Shown: positions 22,879 to 34,425 of the stretch, piece by piece
Layout of the letters: each line of letters starts with the position of its first letter
How positions within the stretch are numbered: position 1 is the first letter of the stretch
Assembly (NCBI RefSeq): GCF_001447785.1
Contig: NW_015174295.1
Coordinates: 119,649 to 183,648, forward strand
DNA length: 64,000 nucleotides
Direction: 5' to 3'
Source of the DNA: Gekko japonicus
Taxonomy: Eukaryota
The notes under the pieces: generated by a model
What the model was told of the DNA's origin: nothing
What the model saw: only the letters and a program-made list of their open reading frames with translations
Database searches by the model: none
Translations under genes and position numbers: made by a program

Positions 22879-25074
22879 TCCTCTACATTTTAATGTGATT
22901 TAGTGTATTCGGGGGGGNNNNNNNNNNNNNNNNNNNNNNNNNNNNNNNNNNNNNNNNNNNNNNNNNNNNNNNNNNNNNNNNNNNNNNNNNNNNNNNNNNN
23001 NNNNNNCTTGGGACGGTGCCTGTTGCCTTCGTGGTGGTTGGGGGGGGGGGCGTGCCGGCGCCGAGAGGTTGAGAGGAGGGAGAGGTGCCCGGGGTGAGCA
23101 GTTCGCTGTCCGCTCCCCCCCAGCCGCTCGTGGCCTCTTTGTTACCCGGGTGGGACAGGAATGGCTCCAGCCAGCGGCCCCTCTCGTTGTTACTCTTGTC
23201 CCCCTCCCCGCCGGGAGAAGCGCTCGGTGCCCCCCCCAGCCTCCACCGCCTCCGCTGGCCTTCCTCACGGGGGAGGCACGGCTACTGTGGCACGGCTACC
23301 GCTCCAAGCCACCAGGGGCACCCTGCCTCCCTCCCTCCCACATCACCCCGCCCGCGGTGGACGCGAATTGCCTCGTCATCGGAGTCCCTGGCCCACCGCT
23401 CACTTGCTCAGTGCCGCCCAGCGAGAAGCGCCGGGCCAGGCCTCATCCCGCCCAGCGGAGGCCGACCCAGGGCCAAACTCAGCCGTCTAGAGCCGGGGGC
23501 AGGGGGAGAGAAGAAGTGATCGATCAGGGGTGAGGGGCTCGCAAGAACCATGGGGGGGGGGTGGCCTGGGCCCCTCATTAGCTACTGGCCTGTGCTCACT
23601 GTCTCTGGAAAGGGGTGTGGCATCAGACTAGGACTGTTCACACACTAGACATCATTTCTTCAAGAGGCCTAGCCCTTTTATGCCTTTTAGTGGTATAAGG
23701 CTCCTTCCTCTGCCAAAGTTGAAATACGTCCTACCTCTTTGGGCTGTCACTCTGCGATATCCTGTATTGCAACTACTAATTCAAGTGTAATGTTCCACAA
23801 GGGTGGCCATGTTAGTCTGTTACAGGAAAACTGAACAGGAGCTCGGTGGCACACCTTAGACACCAACAGTCTAAATTCCTGTATAAACTTTTGTGTCTCA
23901 GAACTCACTTCACCAAACGTGACTGTGACTCAAGACAGTTTATGCTGACATATATATATTATTAGCTTTCAGGGCAGCACTGGGCTCCTGCTTAGTCCCT
24001 CTTAGTGATGGGTTTTATTCTTGGGTCGTGCTGCAGCAAAGTAACTTGGTTAAAGTCAAAACACAGAGGTCCTATCAGAGTACACATGCATTCCTTTGTA
24101 TGACTTTTCACCATTCATGAGTTTAATATGATAGAGAATGCAAGAGTTGTGTTTCAGCTGCAGCTGCTTAGAACCATCCCTTTCATTAAATGGTTGCCAT
24201 ATTAAAATGGGCAGAAGGAAACCACCTCTGTGCTTTGGGTAAGTAAAGATTTCCCTTGCTCGAAAGCCAGTCGAATCCGACTGTAGGGTTGCGGTGCTCA
24301 TCTCCATTTCAAAGCCGAAGAGCCAGCGCTGTCTGAAGACGTTTCCGTGGTCATGTGGCCGGCATGACTAGACGCCGAGGCGCACGGAACGCTGTTACCT
24401 TCCCCCTGAAGTGGTACCTATTTATCTACTTGCAAGTTCTTGCTTTCGAACTGCTAGGTTGGCAGGAGCTGGAACTAGAGACGGGAGCTCACTCCGTCAT
24501 GCGGCACTCAGGTCTCGAACTGCTGAACTACCAACCTTCCACAGCTTGCAGTTCAGCGTCTTAACCACTTGAGCCACCGCAGCTCCGTGCTTTGGGTACT
24601 TGGGGTTTTAAAAAAAACACACCATGGTGTAGTTTCCTGCCTAATTTTAAATGTATTTTCTCAGTGCTACAGGTAATTTTGCTGTGTTAATATCCTACAT
24701 TTTTGTATTTCGACAATACTAATCAAAAATCAAGCAGAGAAGAGTTTTCCTGTGGTGGAATTCAAATCCCTCCTGTTTCCCATGTGAGGCAGTGTGGAGA
24801 CGACAGGGATTATCTTCTATTAATCTGTAATTGTGGATTTTCCCTTGCCTCGCAAAAAAACCCTGGAGGTGTTTATCTCTCTCCCAGGCTTTCCTTCTGC
24901 CAGATGTGATATGGTTGGAGTAGCCACACTTCCTTCCCTGTGTGCATTTGCCTGTCCAAAGGGTATGCATTTGCAGGAAAACATTCTTCTGCCATCTGTA
25001 GCGTTCCCAGGTGTGTGGGAATTAGAGAGATTCCACATAGAGTGATGGGTCCTGTGGGAAGGAAAGGCGGGTGG

Positions 25075-25420
25075 GTGTGACTGCACAGATGACCACTCGA
25101 AGATCACCAGTTACAGGTAAGCAACCTGCTTATCTTCTTCTTGGTCTCTGTGCATCACACCCAGGGGATATTGAAAAGCAGTGGCTCACCTGGAGGCGGG
25201 AGCTGTCGCAAATTCAATGCTCTGCCGACGAAAGGACTAGGCGGCCAAGGTGCACTCTGTGGCATCCACGAACATCAAGAGCGTAGTGCTTGATGAAGGT
25301 GTTTGGAGTAGGCCGTGTCGCAGCCCCACAGATCGCTGACAGGGAAGCACCCTTCAAGAAGGCTGTAGACGTAGCCACGGATCTTGTGGAGTGTGCTCTG
25401 AGGTGAAACAACGCCTTCTC
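25075..25420 (-). mobile_element. DIRS-type retrotransposon remnant (tyrosine recombinase C-terminus plus terminal inverted structure)
   Basis: ORF segment AHSTRSVATSTAFLKGASLSAICGAATRPTPNTFIKHYALD contains the HxxR motif and catalytic Tyr of DIRS recombinases; imperfect inverted repeat at 25075-25103 / 25136-25160 downstream of it. Confidence 0.8.
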
Positions 25421-28032
25421 TTGGATTCTGGTTCTCCCAAAAAATATCCACTTCTTCGGTAGCTGCACTGAGTCCACTGCTTCCACCATCATCACCTGCG
25501 TGGGATGCACAAACTCTTTACTGGTACTGTCCAGCCAAAATGTGCACCTCAGGTGGGCTACAGTGACAACCTGCTTCAAAGACAAGCGTACCTCAAGACC
25601 AGTGTTCCCTCTAAGCCTCACAGAGTTGTGAGCAAAAATTCTACCTTCTGAGCGAAAGAAAGTTAGCAGCATTAATGTTGTGAGCGAGTCTACGCTGGAC
25701 GATCACATCAATTAGATTTTTAGAAGATTTCCATAACCTTGTAAGAATCTCAGAATGAATTCTTTTACACTATATTTAAACAATATTTTAAGAATAATTT
25801 AAAGATTATAGGAGAAAACTGAATCAAGTCAAATTTCACTACAGAAGATGTTGTCCTCTATGGGGGTAGACCTGGCCTCTGGAGAACAGGTCTACCCGTC
25901 CCAGTCCACTATATTGGTAGACCTGGCCTTGGACTGTCGCCCTGCGCTGAGCGTTAGAAAACATACCTGCACTTTTGGGGGGGGGGGGAACCTCTTGCGG
26001 TCTCCTTTGGGTTTTTTTTGGTGAAATATGACAAATTTACAGGTCAAGTATAACAGAGGAGGAACAATCACTGTCAGAACCCTGACTAACCAAATTACTT
26101 ATTTATTCTAATATTTATATCCCACTTTTACTGTGACTCAAGGCATCTTACAAATCATACTGAAAAGCGTAATGGGGTGTGCAAAATAAAAATCTATTTC
26201 TCCAGGGCTCTATTATAGCCAATGGGGATCATTATAGTCAATGGGTCTCTTAGGCTATAATGGAGAATCAATCTGGAGCTTGGGCGGGGGCTGTTTTTTT
26301 GAGGCAGGGGCAAGGCTGGTACCTCTCCTCAACCCCCTCCCCCAATTTCAAAAAGATTGGACCAGGGGGTCCAATTCTATGGGCCCCAGAAGGAGGTGCG
26401 CACACTTAGAGGGAACACGTCTCAAGACATACTACCCTTTGGGTTTCACTTCCTTGCTTAGAGCTAGCGGTCAATATCCAGTCATTTCGCATGATAGTAA
26501 AAATTTTCTGGAAATCTAGCTTCATATAAAGGTAGAAGTGTACATATAGCTACTAGACTCACAAATTAGGAAGCAATGTGAAGCAAAATCAGGAAGAGTA
26601 TACGGCTCCCAGTAAAAACACTTAATCAATCTTTTCCTAAACGCGAATGGTTGAGTTATTCACGACTAATGTATGGAACCATCGCACAGAAAATCTGATA
26701 ACTAGACAGATGCTGTCGGCAGGAACCATTTCTTTAATGTATGTAACTGCAGGGGGATGCACTGTACTGCTAAACAATGCACCCTATATTCATTGCAGCC
26801 ACATTTATCTAGTTCTAACGTGTAGGTTCGGCAGAAAGGAAGGAAAAATAATCTCTTCCCTGTCAATAAAAGCTTTAAAACTCTGAAACATTTCTCCCAT
26901 GGTGAGGAGCAGGCAAACTGAATTACCTCTGCATTCCACAGTCTAACCACATCTAATTGCAAACTCTGTGGGAGTCAACAAGGGAGTCTGTTTGATGGCT
27001 AAGAGTTTTTATTCAGGGGGCGGGGGCCATGGATTTCATCAGTGCAGACGCAACTGTGGCCCTCCCCAAGAGAGAGAAAGGCTTACTGTGAATATGTAAT
27101 CACAGCAGTTCACCTCAATGCCTGGGAGTTTGGTCTCCACGACACAAGATGCATTCCGTGTCAACCTATTTGTAAGCCCGAGGGCAAGTGGAACCCAGGA
27201 CTCTCTAGGTATGGGTCCCCCCCCCCAAATATGTAGAACCAAATAATGTTTCTTGCTAAAAATAGTACTAATTGCAACATATTGGGGTATACAGAAGGAA
27301 ATTTGGTCTGTGGGCCAGTTTCTGATGGTCCATTTGGTACCTGCTGATTTCTGGTATTACTGGAAAGAACGCTGCCATTTGGTGCACCTTGCTCTGATCC
27401 AGTAAGGCAGTGCTGATCTAAGACTGGAGTGGATATTCACAAGCACTTACATGCAAGTTAGTTGTCCCCAGGGGTCATTTCCTGCCAGAGCACCGCCCAG
27501 GGGCACCACCACCCCGCCACCTGGGGGAATTTTAAACATGCCAGGGTTCCCTGCCCGATAACCCAGACATGCTTGCATGCCTGCCCTTTGTCAGGGGGTG
27601 TGGCATATGCAAATGGGCTATGCAAATGAGCTCCTGCACCTATTTTTCTGTGAAATGACCCCTGCCTCCTGCTATTGTATACAAACATATTTAGACTGCT
27701 GTTTGGCAGTGAGTAGTGTTTCTTCAACAAGTAATAAAGATGTATGCATACACACTACGGAATTTGCATATACTCCCTTTCACATAACAGATTTTTCGGT
27801 GTGCTGCGTAAATATCATTAATTTACATATCAACAATTCTAATCTGTTGAAGAAACACTACTCACTGCAAAACAGCAGTCTAAATATATTTTCATAATAC
27901 TACATCACGGTTATTTTCTTCATTGTTTGCATCCTTCTCGTGATCTCTCTGTTGTTTCTACATTGTATACAAACAAGCAGGTGTGTGTGCATGCTTGAAG
28001 AAAGAGAGTGTTAGAAACATATCACCAGCTAC

Positions 28033-28126
28033 CTCTGAGCATCTAGTTTAGGCATTGGCCTTTTAACACCTTTCCTGGTGGTCATCGACGAATCCTTGGT
28101 TTGCGATGAGTTTTTTCCTTCTGGCT
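28033..28126 (-). CDS. TIPIN: TIPIN second coding exon (exon 3); downstream exons not found
   Basis: (E)PEGKNSSQTKDSSMTTRKGVKRPMPKLDAQ(R) matches human VKRNIPKLDAQR; TTTTCCAG/GTAGCT boundaries; in phase with the previous exon. Confidence 0.92.
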
Positions 28127-28389
28127 CTGGAAAAGAAACAAAACGTAAGTGGAAATGCAAATAATACTAACCACAGAACGAACTGTCCACTGTAATAAAT
28201 ATTGTTAGATAAGACAGGCTGGCAGATAAGACTGACAGATCCAAAGGCAGTCTGAGATTTAGGGTTTTGCAAACTGCCACATCTAAACTGAATTACTTTA
28301 CAAAGCACAAAATATACAGACCATCTCAAAGCCACTGTCCTTACAGAAGGTAATTTTTGCTTAGCAGTGGAAACAAGTGACTAAGTTAC

Positions 28390-28504
28390 CTTTTTCATCT
28401 TCTCCCCCTGGGGAGGCTGGAGGAGGTAGAGGTTGAAACTCCTCATCCTGGGTGTGTTCATAATCAGGAATGTCAAACAAATTGCCATCTACTGGATCAA
28501 TCAT
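28390..28504 (-). CDS. TIPIN: TIPIN first coding exon (exon 2; acceptor at 28527)
   Basis: [38 protein letters not shown] matches the TIPIN N-terminus (human ...[22 protein letters not shown]); TTTTGCAG acceptor and GTAACT donor. Confidence 0.92.
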
Positions 28505-29999
28505 CTGTCCAACAAAGCTGTTCTGTCCTGCAAAAGAACACAAAGGTAAAAGTGGGGTCTATTATTTTGCAAACCCACCTAGGTATCAAGAACAGACCAA
28601 CCCTATTCTTCTGTTCTTTACTAGTTCAAATGGACAACTAACAATTAATGAAAATTCTTGGGTCTTTGCAAGAAACTAAGAACAGTACAGTACAGTACAA
28701 CCGACATTTAAACCTTCAATTTCAGTGAAGTGCAGAATTGCAGGGGGGGGGGTTTAAGGCACCTCTTCCCTGAAATGCCCTAATGCACCCAAGACAACAA
28801 GAACAGAATCATAGAATCACAGAGTTGAAAGGGGCCATACAGACCATCTAGTCCAACCCCCCTGCCCAATGAAGGACCAGCCTAAAGCATCCCTGACAAA
28901 TATTCATCTAGCCTCTTCTTGAAAGCTGCCAGTGAATCCCTCCTCCCCTAAAAAAGTTTCCCTCCAAGGAACTCCCACCCTCCATTTTATCCTCACACGA
29001 CCTTTTGAAGGTAGGTTAGACGGAGACTGCGAAGCTCATGGCTGAGTGGGAACCTATCACATGGTCCATAGCACGGGTCCCTAACTTTTTCAAGCCTGTG
29101 GGCACACCTGGAATTCTGATGTAGCACGGTGGGCACAGCCACAAAATGGCTGCTAGAAATTACTGTCAAAAGAGGCAGAGCTAGCCACAAAGAAGAAGAG
29201 ATTGGATTTATACCCCTCCCTTCACTTGGAGTCTCAGAGCAGCTTACAAACTCCTTTCCCTTCCCCACAACAGACACCCTGTGAGGTAGACGGGGCTGAG
29301 AGAGCTCTCTCTTGAGAACTACTCTTTCAAGGACAGCTCTGACAAAATTATGGCTTGCCCAAGGTCATCCAGCAGGTGCAAGTGGAGGAGTGGGGAATCA
29401 AACCCGGTTCTCCAATACACCAAACTGGCTCTCACCTATCAGAGCAGCTACCACAGCTTACCTCCAGTCACACAGTAAAAATAGGAGAGGGCTGTGGCTC
29501 AGTTTGTAGAGCCTCTTTTTGGCATGCAGAAGGTCCCAGGTTCAATCCCTGGCATCTCCAGTTAAGGGAGCAGTGAGTAGGCGGTGTGAAAGATCTTTCT
29601 CTGCCTGAGACCCTGGACACAGCTACTGCCGGTTTGAGTAGACAAGACTGACCTTGATGGGCCGAGGGTCTCATTCTGTAGAAGGCAGCTTCATGTAGCC
29701 TTGTGCTGTGATGGTAGCGGCTGCCAAAATCGACATTTTTAATTATCTGTAGAAAAGAGCAAGAGTCCAGTAGCCTCTTAAGGACTAACAAAATATGTGG
29801 CAGGGTCACAAAACAGGACAGATGGAACTCCCGTTCTAGCTGTACCCGAAGAAGGGAGCGGTGACTCAAGAAAGCTCCTCCCCTGCCCCAGATTTTGTTC
29901 GTCTTTAAGGTTCTACTGGACTCTTGCTCTTCTCTACTGCTGCAGGCAGCCTAACAGGGCGACCCATCCTGATTTTTAAAGATCTGGACAGCCCATCAA

Positions 30000-30700
30000 A
30001 CCTCCAATGGCCAATCAAAAGCCTTGCTGGGCAAAAGCCACCCCACCCCCCGGGCGGGCACCAGCAAAAGCGTCAGCCAGCACCACGGTGCCCGCGGGCA
30101 CCACGTTGGGGACCCCCTGGTCTGTGGCGCCCTTGCCTCACACACTGACTGCTGGGCCGCAGAAGCTTCATCGGCCTCCCTCCCTCTCTCAACCGGGCCC
30201 ACATCCCGTAAAACAAGGGGCGCGCATCTCCACCTGCACTCTGGAGGCCAAACTAACCGCTTCTTCACCAAACGGCACCGGGAGACGGGCCAAGGGCAAA
30301 ACTCGGAACGCGGGCCGCCAGCGAGACCGAGGCGGTGCCAAACTTGAGAGGATAAAAGCCACTTCCGGCGCGTCCGCCTACCTCATTCAGAACGGACCTC
30401 CCACTTCCGGTCGAGGCGGAAAGAGCGGGGGGGACAAACTAGGAGAGAGGAAACCGCGCCGAGGCACGGAGGAAAGACGACTGCGCGTGCGCTTAAAAGC
30501 GGGTGCGGCGTAATCTCGCGAGAACAGGGGGGGCCGTCCGGTCTTTCCTGGATGATTCGCTGAAGTCGAAGTCGGCGCCTGCGACGCCGCCTTGTTCGCC
30601 CAAATCTTCTACTGCGCACGCGCTCTTTGCCCCGCCTTTCTCTGTGTTGGGGGTTCGCGCGCTTTTTACCCTCAGGCCAATCCCAGCCAGAGACACCCTT
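30000..30700 (-). promoter_or_regulatory. TIPIN CpG-island promoter and putative non-coding exon 1 (donor at 30382/30381)
   Basis: CpG-rich; minus-strand donor GAG|GTAGGC; ACTTCCGG at 30361 and 30403; TCTCGCGAGA at 30514-30523; TGCGCGTGCGC at 30482; TTTGCCCGCC near 30626; CCAAT near 30677. Confidence 0.75.
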
Positions 30701-33700
30701 TTATCTTTTTGGGGGGGCCAAAACATTCCTGAGGGGAACCGAATTATTATTTATTTGAAGAACTGTATTATTTACAACCAAGAGGCGCGAGAAGCATATT
30801 TGGCCTCGTCTCCCAGCGACCTTGTGCAAGGTCAATTCATCAATAGTACACTACATTGAATAGCTAAATAATGAAACAATTATTGACGATCCTCTCCGGA
30901 ATGTAATGTATCGTTTCGATGTCTGTATCTTCTTCTGAACAGTAGTTGAATACATAAGGTGAACCTTGTAAAACATTTATAAAGCAATGTGTAAGAATAC
31001 TTAAGTACAGTTTTTGTTTCTTTTGCAAACCTATTAACACTGTGTTACACTGACAAACTTTTAAAGAACATCAAGCAGGTTACGGTATCTTAAAGGTGCC
31101 GCTGGACTCAAATTTAGTTCTTTTTCTCCTGAATTAAGGTTGCCATATTTTGAAAAGCCAAAAAGAAGTGTGTATACACATGAAAGCTTACACTCAGAAT
31201 TAAACTTTGTTGGTCTTAAAGAAGTGTGCATCTTAAGGGTGCCACTGGACTCAAATTTTGTTTATTTATGTATTTATTTGACTTATACCCCGCCCTCCTC
31301 GCCAAAGCAGGCTCAGGGCAGCTGACAAAGGATAAAACATAAAAACAATTATAACACAAAATAATTTAAAAACGGTCCAATATCATAAAGTGCTAGCTAG
31401 TTGTAAACTAATACGTAGGGATGGCAGCAACAGTTAGGTTGATCTGATCTTTTGGCTCGCCTTGCTCATCAGCTTCTCGAATGGTGGAATCAGGGCCAAA
31501 TGAACCAAAATGAAGCCATTTAAAGATTAGGCCAAGCCATTAACTGCACATGTGAATATATATACATTCTTTCCACAATTCAATACATTACAGTATATGC
31601 CGTACAACAGACAGCACATTAGATATATATAGTGCTTTTTAATGTTGTTTTTTAAAAAGACATGATGGTACTATATAAGGTTATACCAATTCCCCCTCAT
31701 GATTTTGTAGCACCCTCCCCAAAGATGCTGGTAACCAGTACTGTCTGGTACCACCACAATAATAAACGTACATCCATTCTAGCTTCAAATGAGACGCCCG
31801 TGTTGGTCTGAAGCAAAAGAACAGAGTTTGAGTTCAGCGGCACCTTTACGACCGACAAAGTTAATTCTGGGTGTCGGCTTTTCTATGCACGCACACAGGA
31901 GTCATTTCCTGCAGGAGCGCACAGGAGCAGAGCTCCGGCAGTAAGGAGCCCAGGGGGTGGGCACATCCAACAAGCCCCGCCCCCTGCTCCCAGCAGCCCT
32001 CAGTTGGGCCACGAGGAACAAGAAACAGCCAGGTAAGCTGCAGAGCCCCCCCCCCTCAGCCCACCTTCAGGTACAAGCTCTCCCTCCTCTGTGAGGGCAG
32101 ATCTGCGCGTCCCCCCCCCCCAATAGCTAGCAATCCAAAACAGTCCAGTGGAGCCTGAGCGGTGGATGTTGCCTTCTGACACACTTCCGGTGATGTCAGG
32201 GGGTGTGGCATATGCAAATAAGCTATGCTAATAAGTTATGCTAATGAGCTCCTGCACCTCTTTTCCTATGAAATGACCCCTGCATGCACACTTAAGATAT
32301 CTGAAGAAGTATGTGTGCACATGAAAGCTTCTACCCAGAGTAAAACTTCGTTTGTCTTAAAGGTGCCGCTGGACTCAAACTTTGTTCTGTTGCTTCAGAT
32401 CAACATGGCAACCAATGTTCCCCCTAAGCTGTGGAGTCTTGTGAGCGAAAATCCTACTTTGTGAGCTACGGGCATTAAAGTTGTGAGCGAGCCATTTGGT
32501 TGCTGCATAAATTAGTTTGCTTTGAGGCCATCCTTCCTGAGCTAGAGCAAAAATCTGTGAGCTGGATGAAAATGTCATTTTTGGGTTAGAAGGTTAGGGA
32601 TATTTCTAGCCAGTAGCAATTATCGCACCTGAAATGGGAGTGGTATTTAAAATGAGATTTGTCATAGTGATCACTTGTTTGAAATAGTCGCGAAATACGT
32701 GCTCTTTTTGTTTGCTTTTCAAAATATGGTAACCTTTAGTTTAAAGGATAATCCTAGCACGAAAAGGGTAATCCCAGCAAGCCCAACAGGCTAGAACAGG
32801 CAGCTCTGGATTCAAATCCCTGCTCTGCTCCAAAGCTCACTAGAAGACTTTGGGCCAGTCACTTTATTGGGGGGAAAGGTTGGAATTGATAGCTATGATT
32901 ACTTATTCTGGCAGGACTCATGTTCTGATCCAAGGTTCTGGATGCAGGCAACAACCCAAGGTCTCCTACATCCAATATAGCCTTTGCCAAAAATAGTTCT
33001 GCCCTGAAACTCAATGTGTGTTGGCCTCACATTAAATTTGCTATTGGAACTTCTCCCAGTTACTTACATTATCCTTCTTTTCTTCTTAATCACCAGCACG
33101 AAACTTGGCTCTGTGTAGTAAATTTCTCTGAGGTTCCCAATGAAATCACAGTTTGCTTCTTCCATTCATCCAACACTTTTAATTTAATTAGGAATCCTGA
33201 AGCCGTAAGTGTGGTGCTTCTATCAGATCCAGTTTCAGGAGTGGTTCTATGTCCTTTTTGCAATCAAGGAACAGCAACACAAGTCAAATATTAACCCAAA
33301 ATGTAATGTTATAAAACATTTGTGGGGAAAGCACTCATTCACACCAACTCCTCAGTGTTTTATTTTAATACTACAAACCAGGGGTCATTTCGTAGAAAAA
33401 GAGCTAGGGGGACTCATTAGCATAACTCATTAGCATATGCCACCCCCCCTGACATCAGGGGCCCGGCGGTGGACCTGCAAGGCCGGCGGGAGGGCGAGGA
33501 AGCCCCGCGAAGGCCCTCCCTGGCCCCAGGCAGGCAGGGGTGGGGAGAGGCGGGGAGGAAGCAACTTACCCTCCCTCTTCTCCTGCCTCCTCCTGGCTGA
33601 ATGAGGGCCGGAAGCGGGGTGGCCAGAAGCAGGGGGCGGGGCTTTGTCATGTGCCCCACCCCCCTGCACCTCACCCGGGGGGACTGCGATCCCCCACGAT

Positions 33701-33989
33701 CCCCCCCGAAATGACCTCTGCTACAAACCTACCTCCTAGGACTCAGTATGGTTTAGGGCAGTAATATCACCCACATAAGTCTCCAAACGAATCGCAATCT
33801 CTATTGAATTCAATTAGGCTTATTCTAAATAAAAAGCTGACACAAAATCTTTCCTAATGGTATAGGTATATTAAAAAAATGAAAAACTGGTGGCCAATCG
33901 TAAGAATGGGTATATGCTGGCAAACAACTGCATAATAGCTGATAGTGTGCCAGTTCCAAAGCATGGCACAACACCAGGGCTGTAGCTGA

Positions 33990-34425
33990 TGAAAAAACTG
34001 AAGTTGTTGAAGATTTTCTATCCCTTGGCTCAATCATCATCCAAAAGGGAGACGGCAACCAGGAAATCAGAAAGAGATTGAGACTGGGAAGAGCGGCCGT
34101 GAAGGAACTAGAAAAGATCCTTACGTGTATGGAAGTCTCACTGGAGACCAAGATCGAGGTAATTCATACTATAGTATTCCTCATTACAATGTACGAATAT
34201 TAAAATTGGGCAGTGAAGAAATCGAACAATATAAAGCTGGCAGGAAGTAAATGTATTTATTTGAAATGTGGGGTTGGAGGAGAGTTTGATGAATACCACT
34301 GACCACCAAAAAGACAAACGAGTGATGAATTAAACCTGAATTCTCCCTAGATGCTAAAATTATTTTGGTACCTTGGTCACATAATGAGGAGGCAAAACTC
34401 ACTAGAAACGAGAATAATGCTAGGA
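33990..34425 (+). mobile_element. Degenerate RTE-clade LINE fragment
   Basis: Translates to EVVEDFLSLGSIIIQKGDGNQEIRKRLRLGRAAVKELEKILTCMEVSLETK, typical of the RTE/BovB post-RT region. Confidence 0.75.

Noticed and set aside
27295-27330. Possible TIPIN HWAHR exon remnant on the minus strand
   Set aside because: Only a short LAHR-like match, with no flanking similarity or splice sites.
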